Source: a virus (Duplodnaviria > Caudoviricetes). From it: a stretch of DNA of 64,000 bases. Location of the stretch: positions 144,265 to 208,264 of the IMG/VR virus record IMGVR_UViG_3300014205_000002. One strand, 5' to 3'. The position numbers and the translations under genes are program-made. How positions within the stretch are numbered: the stretch's first letter is position 1; each line of letters begins with the position of its first letter. A model generated the notes under the pieces. That model saw only the letters and a list, made by a program, of their open reading frames with translations, did not search any database and was not told where the DNA came from. Shown here piece by piece: positions 9,508 to 18,859 of this stretch.

Positions 9508-9950
9508 GAATCGTCATCCATGGCAAGCCGCCGTCCGTGAACAGCCTCTACCGGCGCGATCCCCGCGATGGTCACCTCTACATCAACAAGCGCGGCCGCA
9601 ACTACAAGAAGGTCGTCTCGGACATGTTCAAGGAACTCGCGGTCAAGCTCCCCGTACATCTGCGCGGCATCCCCTTGAAGATCACCTACGTGTTCTACTT
9701 CCGCCAACTCTGGGATGGCAAGAGCCCGGTTCAGCGCGACGCCGACGGGCCGGTGAAGTGCGTACAGGACGCGGTCACCGAGGCGCTCAAGGTCAATGAC
9801 GCCTGGATCTTCCGCGGCATCTTCGAGAAGCGCCGCGGGGACGAGCGGGCGGTGATATTCATCGAGCCCTATGTGGACGAGGGCGACGAGTTCTACATGG
9901 AGTCCTCGCCGAACGCCTCCTCCTCCTCTTCGTCTTCGGACGGAGCCTGA
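9504..9950 (+). CDS. rusA: RusA-family Holliday junction resolvase
   Basis: PPSVNSLYR and RDADGPVKCVQDA...ND acidic catalytic pattern. Confidence 0.8.
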   Translation: MRIVIHGKPPSVNSLYRRDPRDGHLYINKRGRNYKKVVSDMFKELAVKLPVHLRGIPLKITYVFYFRQLWDGKSPVQRDADGPVKCVQDAVTEALKVNDAWIFRGIFEKRRGDERAVIFIEPYVDEGDEFYMESSPNASSSSSSSDGA

Positions 9951-10168
9951 CGCTTACGGCCTGGCCGGTTGGCCGTGATCTCATGGTAGAACGAGCTGTC
10001 GAGTCCGCAGACGATGCAGAACCGGAGCGGAAACTTCGGCACCCAGACGCCATCAGGCCCCTGGGTGCAGTCGCGAGCGTCGGCGGAACACAGGGTCTTG
10101 CAGCGCTCGCAGCGGTATTCGTAGACGAATTTAAGTCCCGGGGTTTGCCGGATCCTGCGGTTGCGCAT
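9893..10168 (-). CDS. Small zinc-ribbon protein with an acidic tail
   Basis: YEYRCERC...FCIVCG, SD-like GAGAAGAGG. Confidence 0.65.
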   Translation of the reverse strand: MRNRRIRQTPGLKFVYEYRCERCKTLCSADARDCTQGPDGVWVPKFPLRFCIVCGLDSSFYHEITANRPGRKRQAPSEDEEEEEAFGEDSM

Positions 10169-10565
10169 CGCCCTCTTCTCGCCTCACGAAGTCCTTGCCG
10201 TTGAGCGCGAACCCGTCGATCCGCTGAACCTGCCGTAGAGCCGACGATGCGGCCGGCTTCGGTGCGGGTGCCGCGACGGGCGGCCGAGCCAGGCCCATCT
10301 GCTGCGCCACCTCCACCATGATCGCGAGACGCTCGGCGGTCTTCACGTCGGCGAGCGCGCAGGCCTCGTTGAGCTCGTCATGGCTGCGCATCATGAACTC
10401 GCCAGAGGTCAGATCGACCTGGATGTAGTAGAGGCTGTTGACCATCACCATACGCTGGCCGGGCAGCACATAGGTGTCGTAGCGCATGCCCGGCGTGAAG
10501 TGGTTGGGGCGGTGGTCGGCTACCTCAGACCCCACTGGTTCATCAATGGTTTCGGGTGACTGCAT
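10131..10565 (-). CDS. Hypothetical protein
   Basis: Start reassigned to MQSPET, which overlaps the upstream stop (TGATG). Confidence 0.6.
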   Translation of the reverse strand: MQSPETIDEPVGSEVADHRPNHFTPGMRYDTYVLPGQRMVMVNSLYYIQVDLTSGEFMMRSHDELNEACALADVKTAERLAIMVEVAQQMGLARPPVAAPAPKPAASSALRQVQRIDGFALNGKDFVRREEGDAQPQDPANPGT

Positions 10566-11128
10566 CAGGGGGCCTCGGGTGCTTCTAGCGCCCCAGGGAC
10601 ACTCTCTAGGTAGGGCGCGGTCACGGCGGCGATCTCCGCCAACAGGGAATGGCACGACTCGATCTGGGAGTGAGTGCGCGTGACCAGGCCTTCGTATTCG
10701 GCGATCGCCGCGTCCGTGCGACCGCGTAGTTCCCGCAGGGCAGCGCGCAACTCGCCGACCTGGGTGGCGTAGAGGACGATGCGTTCGATTTTGACGACCA
10801 GCAGTTCACTTTCACTGCTGTCGTCGCGGGCGTCCAGCAGCGCGGCTTCGGCCTCCATCATATTGCGCTCCAGTACCCGATGTTCCTCACAGAGTTTCCG
10901 GGCGCGCACGAGCGCATGGTGCTGGTGTGCGCTCAGTTCGTCCAGCACTTGCGTCTGGCTGGCTCCAGTGGTAGCGATCCGCATGACCTGCATGAGAAGC
11001 TTCGACATCATTCTTCTGACGCTAGCAGCCTCGGCGGGCTTCGGCAGAATGAAGACCATACCGTGCTCTTGGTGCTCGGAAATGGCGTTATCTGCTCGTT
11101 GGAAGGACGCGGGATCGGTGAGGGACAT
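10565..11128 (-). CDS. Helical/coiled-coil hypothetical protein
   Basis: 187 aa, SD AAGGAGG. Confidence 0.7.
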   Translation of the reverse strand: MSLTDPASFQRADNAISEHQEHGMVFILPKPAEAASVRRMMSKLLMQVMRIATTGASQTQVLDELSAHQHHALVRARKLCEEHRVLERNMMEAEAALLDARDDSSESELLVVKIERIVLYATQVGELRAALRELRGRTDAAIAEYEGLVTRTHSQIESCHSLLAEIAAVTAPYLESVPGALEAPEAP

Positions 11129-11278
11129 CTACCTGACCTCCTTTAAAGTGTCGCTGGGGTGAGGCCAACCTTTCACGCGCATTACGCGCTGCGGGGAGTA
11201 GGTTCCGTCCGTGAAACGCGTCGGCGACACGATGGCGTGTGGGCCGTACAGGCGAGCAGGATGAATGAATGGGGCCAT
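11129..11278 (-). CDS. Small 49-aa ORF not in the ORF track (MAPFIHPARL...)
   Basis: Exactly fills the gap between the thyX stop and the next ATG. AAGGAG lies upstream. Confidence 0.5.
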   Translation of the reverse strand: MAPFIHPARLYGPHAIVSPTRFTDGTYSPQRVMRVKGWPHPSDTLKEVR

Positions 11279-12769
11279 CTATTTGATCTCCTTGATGCGC
11301 TTCATAGCATCGGCATCGTCGATCGGACACACGCGCATCCGCTCGACGAGACGGGGCCACCGCTCGCCCACGGCCTGGGCCATAAGCGTGGCGGCGATGC
11401 GGTAGTTCAGATGCCCGCCGGGCTTCGTCCGCAACTCCACGAGGCTGTAGAGCTCACGGAGGTTGCAGGCGAGGATGGCGCGCTTGTTGTAGCACATGGG
11501 CACGCAGTACTGCGCCACGAGCCGGCCGCACTGGGCCTCGATGTTCTCATAGAGCGCCTGGACCCCGAGCATGGCGTTCGCCCAGCGCTCGGTCAGATCG
11601 TAGCGGCCAGCGGCTTCCGGTAGATGGAAGCCGAGGTAGGGGTCGAGCGGCTGCTCGACGTGTAGGCACATGCGGTGACGCTGGAGGTCTCGCCAGGTAC
11701 CGAAGTCCAGCGTGAGGTCGAAGGTGTGGGGGTAGAGTTCCAGCGCACGCGGTGCGCCGTCGCGCTCGCCACGGCTCTCAAAGATGGCGTTCCAGATCGC
11801 CGAGAATTGCGTCTCATTCAGGCGGGCAATTGCGAACAGGAGGCGATTGTGGTCGACATTGACGTAGGGGTAGAGCGCCTGAGCGACGATGCGCTGCTCC
11901 GGCGGCCAGGCCCCGAGCAGCTCGACAGCAGGGCTGTCGGCGTGCTGGACCTGGCGTTCAAACGCGATCACGGAGGCGGCGATCGCAGCCATGGTCTCGC
12001 GGTAGGCCACCGGGTAGGTCTTGGGTGCGACGTACTTCACTAGCGTCGGCAGCTGTGACTGAAAAGTGGTCTTGAGACCCAAGCCGAGCGCGCGGGCCTC
12101 AGCAAGGTCGTGGCTGAGCAGCTTACTCACGCTGTGCTCGACGGTGCGCGCGTTGGCGACGTAGCCGACCATCGTCGTCGCCGAGGCCGGCAAGATGCCG
12201 CGAGCGACATCGAGGGCCTTGGCGCGCAGGTTCGCCGCATAGAGTGCCTCGCTCATGTCGGGCGATCGCGTAGCTTCGCCAGCGAAGGCCGCCATCAGGT
12301 CGTCCAGGGTCTCCTGGTAGAGCGCAAACAGGCCCATGCAGTGGTCAATGTAGGCCTCGCGCAGGCCATGGAGCGTGTCGTCCAGTTCGTCTGGCACGAT
12401 GAAGCTCGTGGGCCCCCAGGGCTGGTAGCGGGTCGAGGCCTCAACGTAGGAGCCGAGCCGGCCGTCTTCAAGCGCCTTGGCACAGAGCATGGAAATGTTC
12501 TCGACGCAGGCGTGACCGGTCGCCAGCTCCGCGACCGAGGCGTGCCCGTACCCCAGCACGTACTTGTCGTGGAAGGTCGAGGCCTTCTCCTTGGTTAGCA
12601 GGCCCGCGTTCTGGCGGAAGGGCAGCGGCGATCGCGAGGTCTTGGCGAGCGCGACCGCGACCTCCTCGGGTGTGAGCAGGGTGTCGCGCCCAGGAACCTC
12701 ATGGAAGAGGTGATAGGCTTCCTGGGGCTTACGGGCGACCCGGTAGGCTTCATAGAGGGTCTTGGACAA
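11279..12769 (-). CDS. thyX: Flavin-dependent thymidylate synthase, long double-domain form
   Basis: GYGHASVAE, EASTRY, DVARGILPAS, FGTWRDLQRHR, ELRTKPGGH. Confidence 0.88.
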   Translation of the reverse strand: MSKTLYEAYRVARKPQEAYHLFHEVPGRDTLLTPEEVAVALAKTSRSPLPFRQNAGLLTKEKASTFHDKYVLGYGHASVAELATGHACVENISMLCAKALEDGRLGSYVEASTRYQPWGPTSFIVPDELDDTLHGLREAYIDHCMGLFALYQETLDDLMAAFAGEATRSPDMSEALYAANLRAKALDVARGILPASATTMVGYVANARTVEHSVSKLLSHDLAEARALGLGLKTTFQSQLPTLVKYVAPKTYPVAYRETMAAIAASVIAFERQVQHADSPAVELLGAWPPEQRIVAQALYPYVNVDHNRLLFAIARLNETQFSAIWNAIFESRGERDGAPRALELYPHTFDLTLDFGTWRDLQRHRMCLHVEQPLDPYLGFHLPEAAGRYDLTERWANAMLGVQALYENIEAQCGRLVAQYCVPMCYNKRAILACNLRELYSLVELRTKPGGHLNYRIAATLMAQAVGERWPRLVERMRVCPIDDADAMKRIKEIK

Positions 12770-13499
12770 CCTGTTTCTCCTTGGGGGCCTTGGGCGGCCG
12801 GGGGGACTTTGGTGGCTGTTTCATCGCCGAGTAGCGGGTCACGACCGGCACCGGCGGCCGGTAGACGACGAGCACGTTGGGGAAGGGGGCCGAGTCCGGC
12901 GCACCGCCGAAGAACAGTCGGCCCTTGATTAGGCGGACCTCGTCGGCCTTGCCGTCGACCCAATCGTGAAACCAGCAGGAATCGGTGCGGGCGGGCACGA
13001 GGCAAACTACCGTGCAGCCTTGCAGGCTCTCCTCGTAGGCCTTGCGCATCCAGTCGGCGATGCCGGGCACATAGAACTCGTTGTGGTGGTCGCTCTCGCC
13101 GAAGGCGGCCTCGTAGGCGGCCATGAGGCCAGGTACTTGCGCCAGTAGCTCATAGGCCTTCTTGACGCCCGGCAGGTTGGTGATGCGCATGGCGAGCCGA
13201 CCCAGGCACTTCTTCTTCTTGCAGTTCTTCACGCAGGGCTGCTCGGCGTCCCCATACGGCGGATTCATATAAAAGACCTTCGCGGGGCGTCCGCACAGCA
13301 GCTTGATCTTGTGCCAGATCTTCATCAAGCCGTTGGTTTCGCGGGTGAAGTAGACGGGGCATTTGTGGTTCAGGTCGTCGGCGCAGACGTCGACCTCGAA
13401 GCCGAACTCCTCATGGAGCGCGCCATAGAACGCGTCGGGCGTCGACCAGTTATCGGTGCTGGACGAGAACATCGCCGCCTTGTCGGTGGCGTGCGCCAT
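12750..13499 (-). CDS. Phage DNA N6-adenine methyltransferase (lambdoid/T1 Dam-type family)
   Basis: NWSTP, VDVCA, MNPPYG, VCLVPARTD, IKGRLFF, APFP. Carries a ~60-aa Cys-rich insertion. Confidence 0.9.
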   Translation of the reverse strand: MAHATDKAAMFSSSTDNWSTPDAFYGALHEEFGFEVDVCADDLNHKCPVYFTRETNGLMKIWHKIKLLCGRPAKVFYMNPPYGDAEQPCVKNCKKKKCLGRLAMRITNLPGVKKAYELLAQVPGLMAAYEAAFGESDHHNEFYVPGIADWMRKAYEESLQGCTVVCLVPARTDSCWFHDWVDGKADEVRLIKGRLFFGGAPDSAPFPNVLVVYRPPVPVVTRYSAMKQPPKSPRPPKAPKEKQVVQDPL

Positions 13500-14086
13500 C
13501 AGGCCCAGTCCTTCCCGTCGGCGGTGAGGTAGTTGCGGCGCGCCAGCTCCGTGATCACCTCGTGGGCGCGCGAGACGGGGTCATCGGCCTCAATGAAGAT
13601 CGTCTGTTCATAGAGTCCGAAATGGTCGATCGCTTCACACAGATGGTGATGGACCTCCTGAACGCCATGGAGGTGCCGGATACCGTTGTCCTCGGTGCCC
13701 TTGGAGTTGGGCGGCACCACGACGATCAGATCGTACTTCTCGGCCTCGCGACGGGCGATCTTCGCGTAGTCCTCGTTCACCGAGGGGGCCTGGTACATGG
13801 CGTAGGCGAGGAAGTCGAGCACGCCGCGATCGGCGATGAAGCGCTGGAGGTTCTGCTCGGCCTGAATCTGGGTGAACAGGGCATACCACTGAAAAGCCCC
13901 CATCTGCTCGGGCGGCACGGCGCTGGGCTTTTCATAGCCCATGGCCCGTGCGGCGGCACCCGGCCTCGACCAGGTGAGCAGATTGAGGTCGCCGTTGGCG
14001 GGCAGCCGGGCGTGCAGTTCTCGCGCGAGCGTGGTCTTGCCCCCGCCGGAGGAACCCGCGCATACGACGGATCGGAGTTTAGCCAA
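13499..14086 (-). CDS. P-loop NTPase, AAA_28/NadR-like nucleotide kinase
   Basis: GSSGGGKTT, FIADRGVLDFLAY, YDLIV, EDNGIR. TTG start with SD AGGAGG. Confidence 0.75.
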   Translation of the reverse strand: MAKLRSVVCAGSSGGGKTTLARELHARLPANGDLNLLTWSRPGAAARAMGYEKPSAVPPEQMGAFQWYALFTQIQAEQNLQRFIADRGVLDFLAYAMYQAPSVNEDYAKIARREAEKYDLIVVVPPNSKGTEDNGIRHLHGVQEVHHHLCEAIDHFGLYEQTIFIEADDPVSRAHEVITELARRNYLTADGKDWA

Positions 14087-14606
14087 GGGGGGCCTCCTGT
14101 CTGGGGTGACTCGCGCCAGCGAGCAGAGCGGCGATGATGGGCTCGGTCGCGAGCAGGCGTTCACGCAGGCCCGCGGGTGCGCGCCGGCGGATGCCGCGGT
14201 AGCGAACACAGGGGCCTTCGGGCCAGAGCGCGACGCCGCTCAGGCCGGCGTGCTGGATCGTGGCCTCTGACTCCTCGACTAGTTCGTGGAACCAGGTGCC
14301 GAGCCGGGCAACCTCTTCAATATAGAAGGCGTCACAGCCCGTCGGATGCGCGATAAAGACCTGTTGGTCGGACCGGAAGATGCAGTGCTGTTTCTCGACC
14401 ATCTGGCGGGCCAGGTTGATCACGCGCTGGCGTGTCTCGTGCTCCAGGGGCGGCATACGCGAGCGCGACGAGACCTCAACTGCGGCGAACCCCTCTTCGA
14501 GCAGGTAGGCGCGGGTGGCCGAAGCCGCCGACGCGAGGGTGTGGTCGCTCTCGTTGAAGAAGCGCGAGAACTCGCCCATGTTCGTCTTGACGGCGACCTC
14601 AATCAC
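14079..14606 (-). CDS. Hypothetical protein
   Basis: 175 aa, coupled to both neighbours. Confidence 0.6.
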   Translation of the reverse strand: MIEVAVKTNMGEFSRFFNESDHTLASAASATRAYLLEEGFAAVEVSSRSRMPPLEHETRQRVINLARQMVEKQHCIFRSDQQVFIAHPTGCDAFYIEEVARLGTWFHELVEESEATIQHAGLSGVALWPEGPCVRYRGIRRRAPAGLRERLLATEPIIAALLAGASHPRQEAPLG

Positions 14607-15175
14607 CTCACGGCCTCGGGCGGCACGCCGAGCACGAAGTCCTGGCCCTCGACCAGGCCTGCCTGGGCGAGCTGGTCGCGGACGCTCACGCCGACGGGAT
14701 CGATCCTGATCACCTCGCCGGCGGGGTCGTTACTGACGCCGAAGGGCAGCACCAGCAGCAAGGGGCTGTCGGCGGGGAAGGTTTGCTCGATGTGGCTTGC
14801 GAGTCCCTCGACGAGAATGCGCACGCATGCGAGCTTGCCCGCGGTGTTGCGGACCATGTCCTGGGTGCGCACGTAGTTGTCGGCCTTCTCATAGGTCTCG
14901 AACACGAGGATCGCGAAGGCGTCCTTGTAGATGTCGGAGACATGGGAGAAGTCGAAGCCGAGCGGCATGCGAGACTCGGCGTCGAGCAGGATCCAGCCCT
15001 TGCCGAGTTCCTCGCGACTCATGCAACAGGCCTTGAACTTCTTGCCGCTGCCGCAGCGGCAGGGCTTACGCAAGCCGAGGTCGACGGTCTTGCCTGACCA
15101 CTCGGCGGCGATCGACGGCCGCTTTGCGTCGAGGAACCAGGTGTTTTCGGGAGGTGCGGGGGGCGCGATCGTCAC
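14603..15175 (-). CDS. SEC-C motif protein
   Basis: KPCRCGSGKKFKACC. GTG start with SD AGGAG. Confidence 0.75.
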   Translation of the reverse strand: MTIAPPAPPENTWFLDAKRPSIAAEWSGKTVDLGLRKPCRCGSGKKFKACCMSREELGKGWILLDAESRMPLGFDFSHVSDIYKDAFAILVFETYEKADNYVRTQDMVRNTAGKLACVRILVEGLASHIEQTFPADSPLLLVLPFGVSNDPAGEVIRIDPVGVSVRDQLAQAGLVEGQDFVLGVPPEAVR

Positions 15176-15185
15176 GGGGGATCTC

Positions 15186-15560
15186 CTATAAGGCCTGGGA
15201 GCTGGCGAACATATCCAGCTGACCCTTGATGTGCTTGGTGCGTCGAACACGGGGCTTGCGCGTGACCGTGCCGCGTTTGATGAAGCGTGAGCAGCGAACC
15301 CTGGCGACGGTTTCAGTGGTGCCGAAGAGGGTGCTCTGCTCGCTGCTTTCGACCGATAGCTCTTTGGGTGGCGCGGGCTTGCATGAGCCGAGGGAGGAAA
15401 GGATCTTGCAGCGCCGGGTCCGGCTGCCGCCCCGCTGCGTGTCGGCGTAGGTGTAGGTGCGGTCGAAGTGACAGGCCTGACAGGGTCCACACTTCTCCAT
15501 CTGGGTGACGAGCTGGTTGATCGAGCAGTTCAGGGCCTTGGCGATCGCCGCGTGCGTCAT
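15186..15560 (-). CDS. Cys-rich basic hypothetical protein
   Basis: CGPCQACH...C...C...C. ATGA overlap with the upstream gene. Confidence 0.6.
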   Translation of the reverse strand: MTHAAIAKALNCSINQLVTQMEKCGPCQACHFDRTYTYADTQRGGSRTRRCKILSSLGSCKPAPPKELSVESSEQSTLFGTTETVARVRCSRFIKRGTVTRKPRVRRTKHIKGQLDMFASSQAL

Positions 15561-16414
15561 GTGCGATCGTTCCGCAGCGAGACCGTCGGTCGGGCCAGGC
15601 CGGGCGGCAGGGTCGGGAAGTCATTGAAGACGGCGGCGGAGATCTCGCGCGTGCCCGTCGAGATGTCGCCCGTCAGCCCCTTGGCCCGGTTGAACTCCTT
15701 GATCTTCTCGACCAGCTTGAGGTGATCCGACGTGACGTGCTCGCGGATATAGACCGTGCCGTCCATGATCGCCTCCATCCGGAGCGTGCTCATGCCGCAC
15801 TTATCGATCGCGCAGCGCCTGGCGTCGTCGGTCTTGGTGATAAAGATGCTCGGCTCCAAGTTACCAGGATCCGTCGAGTGGACGTCGAGGATGCCGTCCT
15901 TGTAGGCGTGGCCGAGACCCAGCTGTACGCAGGCTTGCAGGATCAGGGCATTGTTCGGAAGGCGGCAGTGGCACTGCGGCTCAAAGCTCGACTGCCCCTG
16001 CTTGCCGGACACGGTGAAGGTCTTGGTCTCCTTGGCGCGGTGCGGGCAGCTGAGGATCTTCGGCTCGGGCAGGCCCGCGAGCATGAGCAGCTGCTTGGTT
16101 TCGGCCACCACGATCTTGTAATCGTCGATATCGAAACCGGGGTCGAGCCCCTGGCTTTTCAGTGCCGCACCGTCGGAAATATAGGGGGCCATATCGATCC
16201 CCACGGGGGTAGAACCGTAGGTCTCGCAGAGTGCGCGAATGTGGTTGACCACCGGCCAGATCAACTCCTGCATCCCCGTCCCGAAAGGGGCGGGCGGAAT
16301 CAGGCCGGTCTTGGCGTGAATCTCCCTGGCGACGTCGGCCTTGAGGCGGCGCACCACGCCGTCGAGTTCGAAGAACACGGCCGTCTTCTTCTCGCCGAGA
16401 TAGATCGCGGTCAT
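15557..16414 (-). CDS. HAD-superfamily (GmhB/HisB-N-like) phosphatase homolog, degenerate
   Basis: AVFFELDGVV, CPH...CHCRLP. The catalytic Asp and Lys are substituted. Confidence 0.65.
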   Translation of the reverse strand: MTAIYLGEKKTAVFFELDGVVRRLKADVAREIHAKTGLIPPAPFGTGMQELIWPVVNHIRALCETYGSTPVGIDMAPYISDGAALKSQGLDPGFDIDDYKIVVAETKQLLMLAGLPEPKILSCPHRAKETKTFTVSGKQGQSSFEPQCHCRLPNNALILQACVQLGLGHAYKDGILDVHSTDPGNLEPSIFITKTDDARRCAIDKCGMSTLRMEAIMDGTVYIREHVTSDHLKLVEKIKEFNRAKGLTGDISTGTREISAAVFNDFPTLPPGLARPTVSLRNDRT

Positions 16415-16734
16415 ACATCCTCCTCGGGATGGTTCTTGGCTGGACCTCTGGTCCGACCAACCGAGCGTGAGAGCAGGAGCGTCGCCAGCCTCTGCCCAAA
16501 CAGGCCGCTGGCCCCGTTCGCGTTGACCTCCTCGATCAGGACGTCGAGCGCGAGCTGCATCAGCTGGCTCTTGTCGATCTCCTCGCGCATCTTAAGGGAT
16601 AGCTGCATTTGTACGAGCCCGAAGTCTACGAGCTGCTGCTTGGAGAAGTAGAAGGTGCGGCGGATGTCGCACTTTTCATCGACTGGCCGGCGGTAGCTGG
16701 TGGCGTCGGGAAAGCCGTAAGGGGTAGTGGTCAA
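16411..16734 (-). CDS. Small DNA-binding protein, ribbon-helix-helix/partition-adaptor-like
   Basis: RRTFYFSKQQL...IDKSQLMQLALDVL. TTG start with SD GGAGG. Confidence 0.5.
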   Translation of the reverse strand: MTTTPYGFPDATSYRRPVDEKCDIRRTFYFSKQQLVDFGLVQMQLSLKMREEIDKSQLMQLALDVLIEEVNANGASGLFGQRLATLLLSRSVGRTRGPAKNHPEEDV

Positions 16735-16750
16735 AGGAGCCTCCAACGGC

Positions 16751-16993
16751 TTAGGGGCGCGGGGCGAACATCTGCACGATGGTGGCATCCACACTGGGCA
16801 GAGCCTGTCGAATCTGGGTGGCTGCCGCGACCATGAGGTCGGCGAAGAGTAGGAACTCGGCCTCGCCATAGTAGGTTACCTGTCGACCAAACAGCACCCC
16901 AATGGCCTCGGCGTCGCTGTCATTAAAGACAGTCCCCCCCTCGTTATCAGCGATCACATCTCGGGCGGAGTCGAGCGTTTTCAGGCGGTTCAT
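16751..16993 (-). CDS. Hypothetical protein
   Basis: 80 aa, SD GGAGG. Confidence 0.65.
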   Translation of the reverse strand: MNRLKTLDSARDVIADNEGGTVFNDSDAEAIGVLFGRQVTYYGEAEFLLFADLMVAAATQIRQALPSVDATIVQMFAPRP

Positions 16994-17181
16994 CGGACCT
17001 CCGGGGAGAAAGAGGGAAAGGGGTGTCGAACATCACAGACAGTGCGACGAAACTGATGTGTCACAGTATCATCTGATGCACGCTGTAATCAAGGTTCAGG
17101 CCGTAGCTAGGCTGTAACGTTTAATCAACGATGTTAAGTTAGGCTCACCAGGCTTGATGAAGTAATATTGCGGACGGACTG

Positions 17182-17583
17182 TCAAAGCCTTTGACAAGGA
17201 CGCCCAAACGACGCCAAATGAAGACCTGCGCGATCTATCGCCTGCGCGGTTGCCTCGTCATCAAGCGTGTCGAAATTGTTACGCTTAATGAATGATAGAA
17301 TTACGTCTACGTCGTCCTCAAGTTTGCCAACCGAGGCGACATAGCCATCCCCAGGCGATTGTGCGTCGAGCGCGAGGGCCTTTTGCCGGGCATGCTCCTC
17401 GACGACGGCGAGCTTGTCGTAGAGAGAACAATCAATTTCCCGATGGCAGGCCGAGCATGTTCCCAGATGTTCGGCAAGCTCATTCTGGGCGTCGAAGGCC
17501 AGTTTCATGTGGTGGCGGACACGCTCGACGCGGCGGCACCCCAGGCACACGACTGCTGGCACCGGGGGTATGGGCTCGGACAT
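17182..17583 (-). CDS. Cys-containing hypothetical protein
   Basis: Start MSEPIPP with SD GAGGAG. CLGC and CSAC pairs. Confidence 0.6.
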   Translation of the reverse strand: MSEPIPPVPAVVCLGCRRVERVRHHMKLAFDAQNELAEHLGTCSACHREIDCSLYDKLAVVEEHARQKALALDAQSPGDGYVASVGKLEDDVDVILSFIKRNNFDTLDDEATAQAIDRAGLHLASFGRPCQRL

Positions 17584-18121
17584 AGCTCCTCCTCGCGTGG
17601 CGCATGATCGTGCGACTGTATCCACTGCGGTAGATGCCGCGACTGACCGCGCTTCCACCCATATTATAGGCAACCAAGGCCATCTCCAGCCGGGTGTCCG
17701 CAGTCGCGCGCAGGAAGCGTTTTTCGACCTGGCGCAATTCAAAGGCGAGGATGCGGCAGGAGAGGTGGGCGTTCAGCTCGGGATCCTGCCAGCGTGAGCG
17801 CGGGAAACCCTTGCGCGCGTCCCACCAGAAGGGCATGACCTGACCGAGGCCGAGTGCGCCCGCCCCGCTGACGGCGCGCGGGTTGTAGTTGGACTCCGTC
17901 CAGAAGAGGGCGGCCGCGACCATCGGGTCCAGGCGATGCCTGGCGGCGGCGCGCCGTACGATGGGTGCGTAGTAGTCGGCCTTCTCGCGAGCCAGAGCCT
18001 TGCCGTACTCAGGCAGGCACTGCGCGTAAATGTAGGCCTGGACATTGTCGGCGGCCTCGGCGGCCGCTGCCGGCATCAGTGCGAGGGCGAGGGCGAGCGC
18101 GAGGCGCTGCAAGAATTTCAT
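17480..18121 (-). CDS. Lytic transglycosylase (SLT domain) with a signal peptide
   Basis: ESNYNPRAVSGAGALGLGQVMP, AYNMG. N-terminal MKFLQR-hydrophobic-AEA. Confidence 0.92.
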   Translation of the reverse strand: MKFLQRLALALALALMPAAAAEAADNVQAYIYAQCLPEYGKALAREKADYYAPIVRRAAARHRLDPMVAAALFWTESNYNPRAVSGAGALGLGQVMPFWWDARKGFPRSRWQDPELNAHLSCRILAFELRQVEKRFLRATADTRLEMALVAYNMGGSAVSRGIYRSGYSRTIMRHARRSYVRAHTPGASSRVPGVPPRRACPPPHETGLRRPE

Positions 18122-18185
18122 GGGGTCCTCCAGTGGTTAAGGTTCGCTTGGTTTCACATTGTACCGCGCCCTGCACCCGAGAGGC

Positions 18186-18214
18186 GGGGTCTGACCAAAC
18201 ATTGGTCAGACCCC
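18186..18214. repeat. Perfect 13-bp inverted repeat made of two GGTCNGACC boxes
   Basis: GGGGTCTGACCAA-ACA-TTGGTCAGACCCC between dut and the SLT gene. TACAAT on the - strand at 18158-18163. Confidence 0.85.
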
Positions 18215-18223
18215 GGGAGGCAT

Positions 18224-18859
18224 TCAGCGCACGCCAGAGGTGCCCCAGCCACCCACCCGGTTGGACGGCGGCAGTGCGTCGACGGGCGTCCAGTCGCCCT
18301 CGACGTAGGCCTCGACACAGATCTGGGCGATGCGATCACCGCCGGTGACCCGGAACGGCCTGTCGGAGTGGTTGTAGAGCACCACGCCGATCTGCTCGCG
18401 GTAGTTGTTGTCGATCAATCCCGCACCGACCTCGATGCCCTCGTTTGAGGAGAGGCCCGAGCGACTCTCGACCACGATCTTGTAGCCGGGTGGCAGCGCG
18501 ACCTTGATGCCGATGCCGAAAGTCTTGCGGCCGCCTGCGGGAATGACGATACTGTCGGCGTTGCCCATGCGCAGAAACTCATAGCCGTCGTCGCCATTGC
18601 GGTACTTGAGGCTGTAGGCGAAGACGTCCGAGGCCACGTCGCCCGGCTGCATGGTCTTGGGCGCAGTGGCCCCTTTCATGACCACCGTGGGAATGCTCAG
18701 CTTGGGGGCGAGGCCCGCGAGTGCGACGATGGCGCGAGCCAGCTCCGGCGTGATGGCGATCGCGTCGGTGTTCAGGCTGCTGGAACCAGCCATGACCGGC
18801 AGGCGCTGGAGCGGCAACACGAGCTCGCCCTGGGCGTTGGTGTAGTGACTAGCGGGCAT
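18224..18859 (-). CDS. dut: Trimeric dUTPase
   Basis: ESRSGLS, GLIDNNYR, GDRIAQ, RVGGWGTSG. Confidence 0.93.
   Translation of the reverse strand: MPASHYTNAQGELVLPLQRLPVMAGSSSLNTDAIAITPELARAIVALAGLAPKLSIPTVVMKGATAPKTMQPGDVASDVFAYSLKYRNGDDGYEFLRMGNADSIVIPAGGRKTFGIGIKVALPPGYKIVVESRSGLSSNEGIEVGAGLIDNNYREQIGVVLYNHSDRPFRVTGGDRIAQICVEAYVEGDWTPVDALPPSNRVGGWGTSGVR

Noticed and set aside
9893-9950. Convergent 58-bp overlap encoding poly-Ser and poly-Glu on opposite strands
   Set aside because: Explained by the acidic tail of one gene and stop-codon drift of rusA, with no sign of function.
16994-17181. Hammerhead ribozyme or other ncRNA in the AT-richer intergenic region (contains GACGAAAC and CTGATG)
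   Set aside because: No CUGANGA core with supporting stems in the right order. A promoter region is more likely.
18186-18214. Rho-independent terminator
   Set aside because: No U-tract on either strand, and both arms are copies of the recurring operator box.
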